Of a stretch of 64,000 nt of DNA, positions 12,504 through 24,711 are shown in pieces. The translations under genes were made by a program, and so were the position numbers. The notes beneath the pieces are model-generated. The model worked only from the letters and a program-made list of their open reading frames with translations, made no database searches and was not told the origin of the DNA. Position 1 is the first letter of the stretch. Every line of letters begins with the position of its first letter. The stretch is from Octopus vulgaris (lineage: Eukaryota), in contig OX597816.1 of assembly GCA_951406725.2 (NCBI GenBank), forward strand, positions 112,468,001-112,532,000, read 5' to 3'.

Positions 12504-12725
12504 TCCTTTCGCTATCTACCCGGCTGAAACTTCTTCTGGCTTTATAGTACAAGTGTCTTGTTTTCAAAAGTTCTGTATTAAAATCTTCCACCAAACCTGA
12601 GTCACAATTTATGTCCCTAACACTAACTTAATGATAGCTAAGTTATTTTACTAAATTCTTTATTATATTCAAAATTAATTGAAAGAAACACAGAGCATCT
12701 CATCAGAAATATGGTAATAAAAGGG
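12504..12725. mobile_element. piggyBac-like MITE
   Basis: TTAA|tcctttcgctatc ... ggtaataaaaggg|TTAC: imperfect CCCTTT/AAAGGG TIRs with a TTAA-like target. Confidence 0.6.
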
Positions 12726-12861
12726 TTACAGGCACTTAAAGGACAAGTTCAATCATTTCACCGCAGTTATCAACTGTGGAACACAACTTTTGGTTAATGC
12801 TGCTATTGTATAAACCTGAAGATTGCAGAAAACATGAAAGCACTTGTATTGTTATATGAGA

Positions 12862-13326
12862 ATGTAGTGAGTGCTTTTACGTGCCACCGGCATGAGGGTC
12901 AGTCAGGTGGTACTGGTAGTGACCATGCTCAAAAGGTAGTTTTTACATGCCACCTGTATGGGAGCCAGGCTGGCAGCACTGGCAACAACCATGCTCAAAT
13001 GTTTTTCACATGCCACCGGTACATGTGCCAGTAAGGTGACGCTGGCAACGATCATGCTCAAATGGTGCTCTTTACATGCAAACAGCATGGGAACCAATCA
13101 GCAACCCTGGCAATAGCCATGCTTGGATGGTGCTTTTAATGTTCCACTGGCATGAGTACCAGTCAGGTGGTACTGTCATCGACCACGTCAGCAATTTTGA
13201 TTTCACTTGCCTCAACAAGTCTTCGCAAGCAAAGTTTATTGTCCAATGAATGAAGGATACTCATAAGTGGGCTGGTTATACACTACTGGCATAGGCCACA
13301 GGTTATGGTCTCACTTGGCTTGCCAG
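12862..13326 (-). mobile_element. RTE-tail-derived modular element (older copy)
   Basis: Tandem TTTTAC(G/A)TGCCACC modules plus the TTCACTTGCCTCAAC block shared with 8545-10415. Confidence 0.75.
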
Positions 13327-16300
13327 TGTGCACACACATGTATCTCTCCATCTTTATGTCTGTCTATCTGCATACTTCTTGTGCTTATAAATATATTTCT
13401 TGTGCTTATAAGTAACAGCAAACGATATTAACATCACTTATAAAAATAAAATCCTGATGCTTTATTTGTTATATTTTATATATTTTAATATATTGTTGAT
13501 CATCAAGTTCTCCCTGTTTTTCTAACTCTAAGAAGTGCAGTGAATCAGTGAATGTTTGAAACTAGTAACCAATGACACTCTTGTTCCCCAACTGCAATAT
13601 AAAGTATATAATGTTATTATTGTTGTTGGCCCCTGGTCAGTTTTGATCCTGCAGATCTATGCTGAAAAATGTTTCCGGCCATGATCATTTTGTAATTTTT
13701 GCTTTAGGGAGACTACATTACATAATGAATTCTTTCCTAACTTAAGTCAGTAGGATCTGATTTGAGTGAGATCTGACTGCTGTTTCTTGTAGGTCTACGA
13801 CCATATAGGGACTCCATTTTTGGATTGACTATGTAGCAAAGTTAGATATATCTGGTTTTCCTACAAGCAACCTTCCGGAATATGTAATTTTAAAAATGTT
13901 TTGGAGTTTACTGACATTAATCTTGTGAGTTTGTTATTGCTAGATCATTTGAACTGCTCCTAGTAAAGAAAACTAATTTAATTTTGACCCAAGTATATAA
14001 AAAGTTCAGCAGTACCTACTTTTGCTCTATTCTTTTCACCTGAGTAGAATCTTTCAAGATTTTAATTTGTTGTTTAATACATTTAATATCTGGGTGTTTA
14101 CTAGTAAGTTTTGGTTTTGGTTTTAGTGAATATATTCAATTTTTTTCCAAATAAGAAACATTAAAATGTTCTTGACTATAAGAATGTGAGAATTTTGTTT
14201 TTCTAGCAACATTACTTTTGTAAGATATTTTTTCTTGATTTGAAATCTTGCCCTAACTTGTCTCCTTATCAGTACCTCCCAAGCTGCAATTCTTGGGGGT
14301 TGTCTGATGTGATATAGTATGCAAGTTGAACATAAGACATCTGGCATCTCCACTGATTCTGGCAACCATCTTTGATAATTTGAATAGTATACAATGCACA
14401 TATTCAGTGTCAATAGCTTCCTCAAAAAAATGCCTGAAATTCTTGCTGGGAAAAATAGGTTCCATTATCCTTTTCTGTTCAAAATGCCACTGTAGATAAT
14501 TTTTGATGGCTGATGCATTTAATTTATTTATAGTGATTTTTTTTTTCAGTTTTACTTTAACTGTGGGTCTAGTAATGTTTAATATTATATATTCTTAACT
14601 ATGAATGTATAGAACACCTCTCAATCAATGATACCAATTCTAAGGAAGTAATGGTACCTTAAATAAAAGCTTCCTGTGGACTTGACAATGAGAACAACTT
14701 AATGTCACTTGCTTCCAGTCAACTATATCTGTCTATCTTGCTAAAATTTTATGCGTTTCTTAAATGATCTTTATGTAATATGTGTAATACCGAGGCTGTT
14801 TCCTTGTGAGAAATTATCTCTAAATCAGCAATCTCTAACTAACCTCACTACTCTACAAAAGTTTATCTTGTATCTCTTGGTCTCTCTGCATGCCATCTCC
14901 TGCATATGTGGCTAGGTATCATTGTTAGTTTATGCAACTTAGAGGTTAGTTTTCAGATTGTCTTGTAATCTACTAATGTCTTATTCGAGTTTTCACTGAA
15001 CTTCTAGTACATATATAATTTTCCCATCTTGTTTTTTTACATGATAAGGAAATAATTTCAACAGTTCAGTTTCTCTTCCCTAACTTTTTTTTACTGTTAG
15101 CAACCATTATCTATCATTTCCGAAACTTTTAACCTATTTTCAAAACTAAAAATTGTCATATTGTCTGTTTCCATTATGATGCAATAGATTTAGTGCCAAC
15201 GTCACTGTTATAATGGCCCTGAAAATATAACGGTAGAACTATGCCCAAGAAACAAAGATGTGAAGCAATGCATCAGAATATATAACAATGTGCATGTATA
15301 TGATATACAAAGATCATAATTCAGTTTAAACTTGTGTCTTCATGAACAAATCTATTTTGAGTGGTTGACTGCAATCTTTTAATCCATCTTTTTTCTTTCC
15401 TGCCATGTTTAGTTATCTATAACACCATTTCATAGAAATTCTGTGTGTCCCAACCATGAGATTTCTGCAAGTTTATGATCTCTTAAAAGTTCAAGTGTTA
15501 CATTCTGTTATTTTGTGTGATATTTCATACTTGAAAAGAATTTAGGTGAGTCAGAATAGTTCAGTTGAATGGTATTTCGAAGTGGAATGGAAGAAGTGGC
15601 ATTAATATCTGTCTGTTGTAGAGATTTCACTTTACATATCTGTCAACTGTTAATTTGATAAATAGATTTAAAGCACTTAAAAGTTGTTTTCTAATTTTAA
15701 CTGTAAAGATGACAGTGAGTAGGTGGCGGGGAAAGGAATAGTTGTGTGTGTGTGTGTGTGTGTGTGTATCTCTGCATTTTATTTTTTTGCTTACTATCTA
15801 CAGAAATATGAAAGGGAAATTAAATTTTCACTTTTATTGAGATTTAAAAAATATATTCATCAAATGCATGTATGGTAATGCCATATTTATATCACAGTTG
15901 TTTTGAGAGCATATCAGGCATTGCAAAAAAGAAATCCTCATCAAATGAGATGATAAAGCTATGTGATATTCTTTACAGGATGTTCTCTAAATACAAGAAA
16001 TGGAAGCAGTTGCGATAATATGAATTGTGTCTGACAAAAGACGGTAGGGAGGAGCAGACAGAAGACTCATAAAATTTGGTTTAATCTCTACATTACTGAA
16101 AGGTGGAAGCTAGTGGTCTCAGAGTCAGGGGTTTCAAAATCTAGTGTTTGCTGGTCTGCTGTGTCCATTACAAACCACAGAAAAAGATAAGCTGTTATGT
16201 ATGTTTCTTCTACTTATAATCCTTACTTAGTACTACTTTCAGGTCCAGCACTAAATACTTTTTCCCCCCAGTTCTTTTTACCACATCTACATAATGGAAC

Positions 16301-17039
16301 AGCTTTCCTGTTCATTTTTACCTTACAAGCTTGAATTTTCTAGGAGTTGAATACCAATCATATTAATTTTTTCCAATTCTGGGAAGCCTTGCACGGTTCC
16401 CCTTCATGAAATATTCTTTGCTATCTACTATAATAATACTCTTGTGTTTTTCTCCGTCACAACATATGATTGAGAAAGGAAGGGGTGATAGATGAATAAG
16501 GAAGGAAGGGATGACGACAAATTGGTAGTGGGAGTGTTTCAACTCTGTGAGTGTACGTGTGTGTATGTAAAAGGGAGGTATGTGGATGTTTGTGTGCATG
16601 CATGCAATGGAAGTAGGATGGTGAACGTTCAATGCTGGAAAGAAGACTCAAACAGCATTTCAACTTTGTGTGAGTATATGTGTGTGCATGTACAAGGGAA
16701 GTATGTGAAAGTTTGTATGTGTGAACTAGCGATCTTTTAGTAACAAATGATGATCGATGCCACATCTCAAAAGACAACCACAAGATAACATTGACAAGTG
16801 TATTAATTTGATTTACCATCTATATATATATATATATATAAAAATACAACAATTAGCCATCATTTTTCATTGGCACAGGGCCAGCTAGTACATGTAATAA
16901 AAATGACTTCACATAGAATATGATTTCAGTTCTACTGATATTTTATTCATTTAGATTAACGAGTCAATTATTCACCCATCCGTCTTCTCGGTTCACTATT
17001 CTTGGGAAGGTCATTGGAGTATATAATTCTCAGGCACCT

Positions 17040-17300
17040 CCTCTATAAAATTCTACAGGAAGCAACTGTCAATATCATGGCTGGATTACCAAATGACAAA
17101 GATACCATCCAGTCATCTTGTTCCTGATTTACCCCTGGGTCGCCTGCTGGCTTGAAGAATCAATCTTGTAATTCTTTACTGTGATATTCTAATCATATGT
17201 CCATAACACTGGAGCTGTGACCTCCTAGTACGGAGAAATAGTGACTCAAACTAGAGAGACTCCCTGATCTCCTGATCTCTGTGCTATGCGCCTTATCAAG
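17040..17300 (-). pseudogene. Degenerate RTE-type ORF2 C-terminal remnant
   Basis: Minus strand reads RRSQLQCYGHMIRI..RITRLILQASRRPRGKSGTR*LDGI, similar to RRLRWYGHVLRM..RGRPRKTW in the intact RTE. Confidence 0.55.
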
Positions 17301-17451
17301 TAATGTTACTCCAGAGAAACTTTTTAGTCTTTACATAACATTCATGACCATAAGTAAGGATAACCACTAAAATTTAATTGAAGGTAGTGAGTTTGGCTTT
17401 TTTTTTTTGTTTTTTTTTACCAGCCATTCCTCTTTTGAGGCGTCACTTATA

Positions 17452-17658
17452 CTCTTTTACTTGTTTCAGTCATTTGACTGTGGCCATGCTGGAGCACCGC
17501 CTTTAGTCGAGCAAATTGACCCCAGGACTTATTCTTTGTAAGCCTAGTACTTTTTCTATCGATCTCTTTTGCCGAACCGCTAAGTTACGGGGACCTAAAC
17601 ACTCCAGCATCGGTTGTCAAGCGATGTTGGGGGGACAAACACAGACACACAAACATAT

Positions 17659-17708
<50 letters not shown>

Positions 17709-17850
17709 GTACACATATATACGACGGGCTTCTTTCAGTTTCCGTCTACTAAATCCACTCACAAGGCTTTGGTCGGCCCAAGGTGCCACACAGTGGGACT
17801 GAACCTGGAACCGTGTTGTTCGTAAGCAAGCTACTTACCATACAGCCACC
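17452..17850 (-). mobile_element. SINE family A, composite copy
   Basis: tRNA-like head (17720-17850), TA/CA microsatellite, conserved 3' module. Confidence 0.85.
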
Positions 17851-17909
17851 AAACAAAATTTCATATCTAATTCTCATGGGAATTATTATTAAAAATATGA
17901 AGAAGGCAA

Positions 17910-18110
17910 CAAGCTGGCAGAATTATTACTGAGCCAGGCAAAATTCTTAGTGCCATTTCATTTGTCCTTATGTTTTGAGTTCAAATGCCTTTCATTCCTT
18001 CAGGATTGATAAATTTAGTACCAATCATTTACTGGAGTCAATGGGATCAAGTTACCCCCCCTCCCTCCAGAAATTTCAGGCTTTGTGCCTATAGTAGAAA
18101 GGATTATTAG
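17910..18110 (+). mobile_element. SINE family B (Nin-domain-like)
   Basis: aagctggcagaa..gagttcaaat..gcctttcattcctt caggattgataaatttagtacc. Confidence 0.7.
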
Positions 18111-18721
18111 AAGTATGAAGATTGTAAGATTAAGGATCATATGATGACTGATTACATAGCCACAAGTTCTAATGGTGTTTCAGTCGGTTTTGTGCAAGGC
18201 ATGTAACCCTGCTTGTTTCAATTCACCTAAAATAATTAAAAATAACTTTAATGTGAGCCAATGAAGTTATTATTTATTTTTTTTTTTTTGAGACTGTTCA
18301 ACCTAATATAAGCAGTCATCTTAAAAATGGGAGGACACATTGTAGAATGCTGAAGGCTTCAATGCTTTTTGGTCATATGTCTACTGAACTGGAACTGTTC
18401 TGAGGCTAAAGAACTTAAACAACTGCTTAGAATTTTTTTTCATGGTTGAATAGCTGAAAGCTGAAAGATCATTCAGCTATAAAAGCAACTTTCAACAAAG
18501 CATTATCTCACTTATTGAGTATTGAAACTGAAGTAGTAAAATAAAACTGTACGTTTCTTTTTTTCTTTTTTTTTAATTTTCGTTTGATTTATATAAATAC
18601 TGTTAGGTAGCTCAAGCCAATATAGTCACTCAACCTACTAGACATAACCAAAATACCCCCCACAAATCACATCCTACCATTGTAAGAAAAAAAAACAAAA
18701 CATATTTGAGAATATATATAT

Positions 18722-18882
18722 TGCAGATATGGATGAATGGTAAAAAAGCTTGCTTCCTAACCATATGGTCATGGGTTCAGTCCCCTTGCACAGCACCTTG
18801 AACAGGTTTCCTATTATCGGCTCTGGCTGACCAAAGTCTTGTAAGTGGATTTTGTAGTTGGAAATTGAAAGAAGTCCATCAC
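18722..18882 (+). mobile_element. SINE family A head
   Basis: tggtaaaaagcttgcttcctaacc..gggttcagtccc..gcaccttgaacagg. Confidence 0.7.
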
Positions 18883-19245
18883 TTGTGAACAGTTCCCTTA
18901 TTGTCAATGTTGCACTCGTGACAATGTCACAGTACAATTGTTTCAAATGTTAGCACCTAAAATATTAAATACCTAAGTACTACTTAATTTTTCAGACAAT
19001 ACAAAAACTTATCGAAATGGTTGTTTTGGTGCTTCTCTGGAATTGTTTTCAGTTAATTCTGTGCGAGGCACAGGCATGACTGTGTGGCTAGAAGTTTGCT
19101 TCCTTGTCCACATGGTTCTAGATTTTGTCCCACTGTGTGGAACCTTGGGCAAGTTTCTTCTACTATAGTCCCAAGCTAACTCATACCTTGAGTGTATTTG
19201 GTAGACAGAAACTGAAAGAAAACCATTGTGCGTGTATGTATATAG

Positions 19246-19276
<31 letters not shown>

Positions 19277-19281
<5 letters not shown>

Positions 19282-21576
19282 GCCTGGAAAGCCTGGAAGG
19301 ATGGGGGCAGCAGGGAACTGTACCAGATAGCCAAAAGGGAGGCTGGGCGGCAGGTATACATAGCCAAAGACGTAGCAGAAAAGAAGAAGTTTGCCAATGT
19401 CCAGCGATGCGAGGATCAAAGAGCTGAAGTATTTCGGATTGCCAGACAGTGTGTCAGAGAAAATAGTGATGTTATAGGAGAGAAATGTGTCCGCATGGAT
19501 GATGGGGCACTTGCTTTTACTGCTAGTGAAAAGAAAGAGGCTTGGAGAAGCCATTATGAAAGACTGCTGAATGAGGAGAATGAATGGGAGGAGGAGAGCC
19601 TGCCAAATGTTGACCCAGTAGAGGGACCAGCTACCCGAATAGACAGCTCCCTTGTAGATAAGGCAATTAAGGATATGAAACCAGGCAAAGCCCCTGGCCT
19701 ATCAGGAATCACTGCTGAGATGCTTAAAACAGCTGGCTATGTGGGCCATGCCATAGTCACCCGCATTGTAAACCAGGTAGTTCACAATGGAGTCATACCC
19801 AATGACTGGTGCAGCAGCACCATAGTCAACTGCTACAAGGGTAAGGGTGATGCTCTAGATAGAAATAACTACAGAGGTATCAAACTGTTGGACCAGGTGA
19901 TGAAGGTCTCAGAGAAGGTCATAACCCATCTCATTAGGGAGAGAATTTGTTTAGATGAAATGCAGTTCGGTTTTGTACCAGGTAGAAGCACCACTGATGC
20001 TATATTCCTGGTCCGACAACTGCAGGAGAAGTACCTAGCTAAAGATAAACCCCTCTACATAGCTTTTGTAGACTTGGAGAAAGCCTTTGACAGGGTTCCC
20101 CGTTCCCTCATCTGGTGGTCGATGTGGAAAATGGAGATTGAAGAATGGCTAATAAGGGCTGTACAGGCTCTATACAGAGAGGCTGTCAGCAAGGTTAGGA
20201 TTGGCAACGAATATAGTGAAGAATTCCGGGCAGAAGTAGGTGTGCACCAGGGCTCAGCCCTCAGTCCCCTTTTATTCATCATAGTCCTTCAGGCAATAAC
20301 AGAGGAATTCAAAACGGGATGCCCCTGGGAGCTCCTCTATGCCGATGACCTAGCTCTCATAGCAGAATCACTACCGGAACTAGAAGAGAAATTTCGGGTG
20401 TGGAAGCAAGGGTTGGAATCAAAGGGCCTTAGAATAAATGTAGCAAAGACCAAAGTATTAGTAAGCAGCAAGAGGTACTCAGCACACACCCCCTCGGGTA
20501 GGTGGCCCTGCTCAATCTGTAGGAAAGGTACAGGTAGAAACTCCATAAGATGCACCCAATGTAAGTTATGGACACATAAGAGGTGCAGCAACATTAAAGG
20601 GAAATTAACAGATAAGATAGCTTTCATGTGCGGCAGATGCACAGGGACAATAGACACAACAGACACTCAGAAAACAGATTCCATCACACTCCAGGGAGAG
20701 AAACTAGAAGTAGTTGAGAGTATCACCTCTAGAATACGAATAGCCTGGGCAAAGTTCAGAAAGCTCCTACCCCTACTGGCAACAAAAGGTCTCTCCCTCA
20801 GAGCGAAAGGTAGATTGTATGATGCATGTGTGCGAACTGCCATGCTTCACGGTAATGAAACATGGGCAGTGACTGCAGGGGACATGCGTAGACTTGAAAG
20901 AAATGAAGCTAGCATGATCCGCTGGATGTGTAGTGTCAGTGTGCACGCAAGACAGAGTGTAAGCATCCTAAGAGAAATGCTGGATATAAGAAGCATCAGA
21001 TGTGGTGTGCAAGAGCGACGCTTGCGATGGTATGGTCATGTGCTGCGGATGGATGAAGAGAGATGTGTGAAGAAGTGCCACTCCCAAACAGTTGAAGGTA
21101 TCAGGGGGAGAGGTAGACCCAGGAAGACATGGGATGAGGTAGTCAAGCATGACCTCAGAGCATTGGGCCTCACTGAGGCAATGGCGAAAGACCGAGATCT
21201 CTGGAGATATGCTGTGACTGCAAAGACCCGGGCTGCTTTCTGCAGCAATTCCACATACCCCCTACCCATTCAAAGTACCCCGGATCCCCAAAGTACCCCG
21301 GACCCAGTTGCCCCCGTGCCGCTGGCACGTTAAAAGCTCGAACCGATCGCGACCAATGCCGGACCCCCCAGCCCCTGTGCAGGTGGCACATAAAAAGCAC
21401 CCAATCCACTCATGGAGTGGTTGGCGTTAGGAAGGGCATCCAGCCGTAGAAACTCTGCCAAATCAGACTGGAGCCTGGAGCGGCCCCTGGCTTCCCAGAC
21501 CCCGGTCGAACCGTCCAACCCGTGCTAGCGCGGAAAACGGACGTTAAACGATGATGATGATGATGATGATGATGAT
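19277..21576 (+). mobile_element. 5'-truncated RTE-clade non-LTR retrotransposon
   Basis: RT ORF, structured 3' UTR and (GAT)n tail; endonuclease domain missing. Confidence 0.92.
19279..21333 (+). CDS. RTE reverse transcriptase ORF (partial) with an embedded PHD finger
   Basis: NYRGIKLL, QFGFVPGRST, FVDLEKAFDRV, GVHQGSALSPLLF, LYADD; C4HC3 motif at 20509-20640; RRLRWYGHV and RGRPRKTW at the C-terminus. Confidence 0.9.
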
Positions 21577-23056
21577 ACATGTGTGTGTTTGTTTCTTTGT
21601 TTATTCTCCACCACCTCTCAACAACTGGTATTGGTTTGCTTACATCCCACTAACTTAGCGGTTCAGCAAAAGAGACCAATAGAATAAGTACCAGGCTTAA
21701 CAAAAAAATAGCATTGGGGTCTATCTATTGGGCTAAAATTCATCAAGGTGGTGCTCCAGCATGGCTGCAGATTAATGACTGGAACATGCAAAAGACAAAA
21801 GATAGAGGTAAATATGTACATATAATTACTTCATGTTGTTCAACATCTACAATATTATGGAAAATGGAATAAACTACCTAACTTTATAATAGTGTTTTGA
21901 GGAACTGGAGTACTCGATAGCTTTCAGTTAAATTCATAGCAGGCATTTCATTATATATCTGAACAGTAAGTCTCAATGCTGTCAAGAATAGTTACATGCG
22001 ATATACTATCATCCTACCCAAATGAAAATTTGTATTAAATCTGCTAAAACCATGAAACCTGAGTTGGACAGGAGATTTTAAGAGAATCTTAGGGCTACTG
22101 AAGACATTTCTTAATTATAATAATTATGAGAAGTAATAGATATCAAGTTTCAAACTCTCTCCTTTGTAACAGATTGTAAGAGATCTTAATATTTGTTAAT
22201 TTACACGGTAAAATGCAGTCGTTTACAAATTATAGTTTCTTGTTATTAGATAGATGCTGTTGAATATCTTAAAGTAAATTAGCAACTTATTCTAGTAAAA
22301 TATCTTGGAATAGACTGCCTTTGTAATAGTTTTGTTACAATTATAAACTAGACAAACAATTACTTTAAGCATGTATACCCAATGATTTTTCTTACATCTT
22401 GTTCTTGAAGATTAAAGTAACAACTCATTGTATGGACATATAGGCAATGCCCATGATTATATGAAGGTCTCTGAGACAGGGGAGTGAAAAAGTAGTAATT
22501 ATAATTCACAAGTTATAGTTAGATTGGAGATGTGGTCTGAATGTTCACAACAGTTGATTTCTCCAAAGGTTGCCTAGGGTTAAATACTTGTGTTAAACCA
22601 AGCACTGGATTAAGTGAACAACCCAAATAATAAAGTTAAAATAACAAATAGGAAATGGTTGTTGGTATTGTTTAGTTTCAGTCCCAGGTATATCCTGATC
22701 AAGTAGACCCAAGGCTGTCTGGCTGTAACCATTCCATATTTTGTTTTTCAGATATAGTGTTAGCCATTTTTTCTTTTAAGATGGTAAGGAGTGCAACTTG
22801 AAAATTTAGCTGCTATTTCTAGCAGATTAAGTGGCCATATTGAGGCTCTCAGATTGGTTCAGTGGGAAAAGATTTTCTTTTGTAAACAACAAATCTTGAA
22901 AATCCTATAATTAAACTTGACATATATGGTTTATATTTAGATACTGTGATACAAGGAATATTTGACGTGAAACATCAGTTTTCCTCTTCAATAATTTCAT
23001 CAAAATAACGAATTTCTTCAGCCTTTTCTACTTACATGAAAATACAAGAATATGTT

Positions 23057-23106
<50 letters not shown>

Positions 23107-23178
23107 CACAAAGTTGAAGTTTATTTGTTGTAAGTTGGAAGTGGGATTTTCTGAGACCCTTCTTTTACCTTTTATCAA

Positions 23179-23382
23179 TTAAAGTGGCCATATCCAGTCA
23201 AAATATTCTGTTTTATGTTGAAACCTGTCAGATCTGGCCTCTCACACCTACCCTACAATGTCATTCTAAAAATAACACATCAGCAAAATCTTAAGGCTAT
23301 GAGATAATGCATGATTAATTCAAAACAACATGAATAAACAAACATTATATTTGACAGAATAATCTAAATTCTAAAGGTTTAA
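23179..23382. mobile_element. MITE copy (piggyBac-like end), same family as 62500-62720
   Basis: Shared agatctgg..gtcattctaaaaat..gctatgagataatgcatgattaattcaa..ctaaagg(g/t)ttaa. Confidence 0.65.
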
Positions 23383-23471
23383 AGAAGTAAGGACATTTCT
23401 GTCAATGCAAAATTATATTTTTTATTTTTACAAAGAAGGGTCCTACCCAAAGCATCAAATCTCTTCTCTTT

Positions 23472-23586
23472 GGTGATGCATGACTCAGTGGTTAGAGCAC
23501 TAGGCTCAGAATCACACGGTAGTGAGGTTGATTCCCAGACCTGGCTGTGTTGTGTTCTTGAGCAAGACACGTTATTTCACATTGCT
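23472..23586 (+). mobile_element. tRNA-derived SINE family C head (Meta/CORE-like core)
   Basis: A-box TGACTCAGTGG, B-box GGTTGATTCCC, then TGTGTTCTTGAGCAAGACAC. Confidence 0.7.
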
Positions 23587-24052
23587 TTCCATGCTGGCAT
23601 GGGTTGAACGGTTTGACTGAGGACTGGCAAGCCAGGAGGCTGCGCTAGGCTCCAATCTGTTCTGGCAGGGTTTCTACAGTTGGATTCCCTTCCTAATGCC
23701 AACTACTCCGAGAGTGTAATGGGTGCTTTTTACGTGCCACCAGCATGGGGGCCAGGCAGCACTGGCAGCGACCACACTCAAATGGTGCTTTTTATGTGCC
23801 ACCCGCATGGGAGCCAGTCAAGCAGCATTGGCATCAACCATGCTCGTATGGTACTTTTAATGTGCCACTGGCATGGGAGCTGGTCAGGTGGAATTGGCAT
23901 CAACCACACTCGGATGGTGCTTTTTATGTGCCACCAGCATAGAAGCCAGTCAGGCAGCACTAGCATCAATCATGTTCGAATGGTACATTTTATGTGCCAC
24001 CGGCATAGGAGCCAGTCAGCTAGCACTGGCACCGACCATGCTCGAATGGTGC
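23586..24052 (-). mobile_element. RTE-tail derivative with five modules of ~66 bp
   Basis: GTGCC anchors at 23734, 23796, 23862, 23928 and 23994. Confidence 0.85.
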
Positions 24053-24274
24053 ATCAGCTTGAAAATATTTATTTTCCTAATATTTTGTTTTTAACTCTTT
24101 AAAATTTTGAAGACCGAAATGTCTCTTTAATCAGTCAATAGATAATATAATGAAATTGGACATAGGCATAATCATATGTTTAATAAATTTGTTTACATGA
24201 CTTTGTGTTCAATCCCATGTATAGTGGGCAAATGGCTTCTTTGTTGCTGTAAAAGTAAAACTTCTTAAATTGGT

Positions 24275-24480
24275 AATGGTTGTATGTTTAAGAAGCTTGC
24301 TTTGCAACCAAGTGGTTTCAGGTTCAATCCCATTGTGCAACATCTTCAGCAAGTTTCTTCTATTATATCCCTAGGCCAACCAGTGCTTTGTGAATGAATT
24401 TAGTTGACAGAAACTGTGTGGGAGCACATTATGTATATACATGTGCATGTGTTTCTCTGTGAGTTTGTGTTTGTCCCCCA
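24275..24480 (+). mobile_element. SINE family A head, interrupted by a family B SINE
   Basis: aagaagcttgctttgcaacc..ggttcaatccc; the A module resumes near 24690 (gtaacttagtgg). Confidence 0.7.
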
Positions 24481-24688
24481 TGCCGGGCGAAATGCGTAGC
24501 CATATTTCGTCTGCCATTACGTTCTGAGTTCAAATTCCGCTGAGGTCGACTTTGCCTTTCATCCTTTCGGGGTCGATAAATTAAGTACCAGTTACGCACT
24601 GGGGTTGATGTAATCGACTTAATCCGTTTGTCTGTCCTTGTTTGTCCTCTCTGTTTAGCCCCTTGTGGGCAGTAAAGAAATAGGTATT
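24481..24688 (+). mobile_element. SINE family B (Nin-domain-like), young copy
   Basis: GAGGTCGACTTTGCCTTTCATCCTTTCGGGGTCGATAAATTAAGTACCAG, near-identical to 63589-63817. Confidence 0.85.
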
Positions 24689-24711
24689 AATTTATATCCT
24701 AGTAACTTAGT

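Larger units (their letters stand above)
19067..21803 (+). mobile_element. SINE family A copy split by the RTE insertion (head 19067-19235; 3' module 21580-21803)
   Basis: Head before the (TA)n; the 3' module (aacttagcggttcagcaaaagagacc..ggtggtgctccagcatggc) resumes after the RTE (GAT)n tail. Confidence 0.8.

Noticed and set aside
15979-16043. AG..GT-bounded candidate exon
   Set aside because: Stops in all three frames and no recognisable protein.
16375-16415. TTCATGA-AGGGGAA..TTCCC-AGAA on the minus strand (possible HHR relic)
   Set aside because: Only stem II is recognisable.
23720-24052. CRISPR-like regular repeat spacing (66 bp)
   Set aside because: The 'spacers' are homologous to one another, there are no cas genes, and the context is a eukaryotic retro-element.
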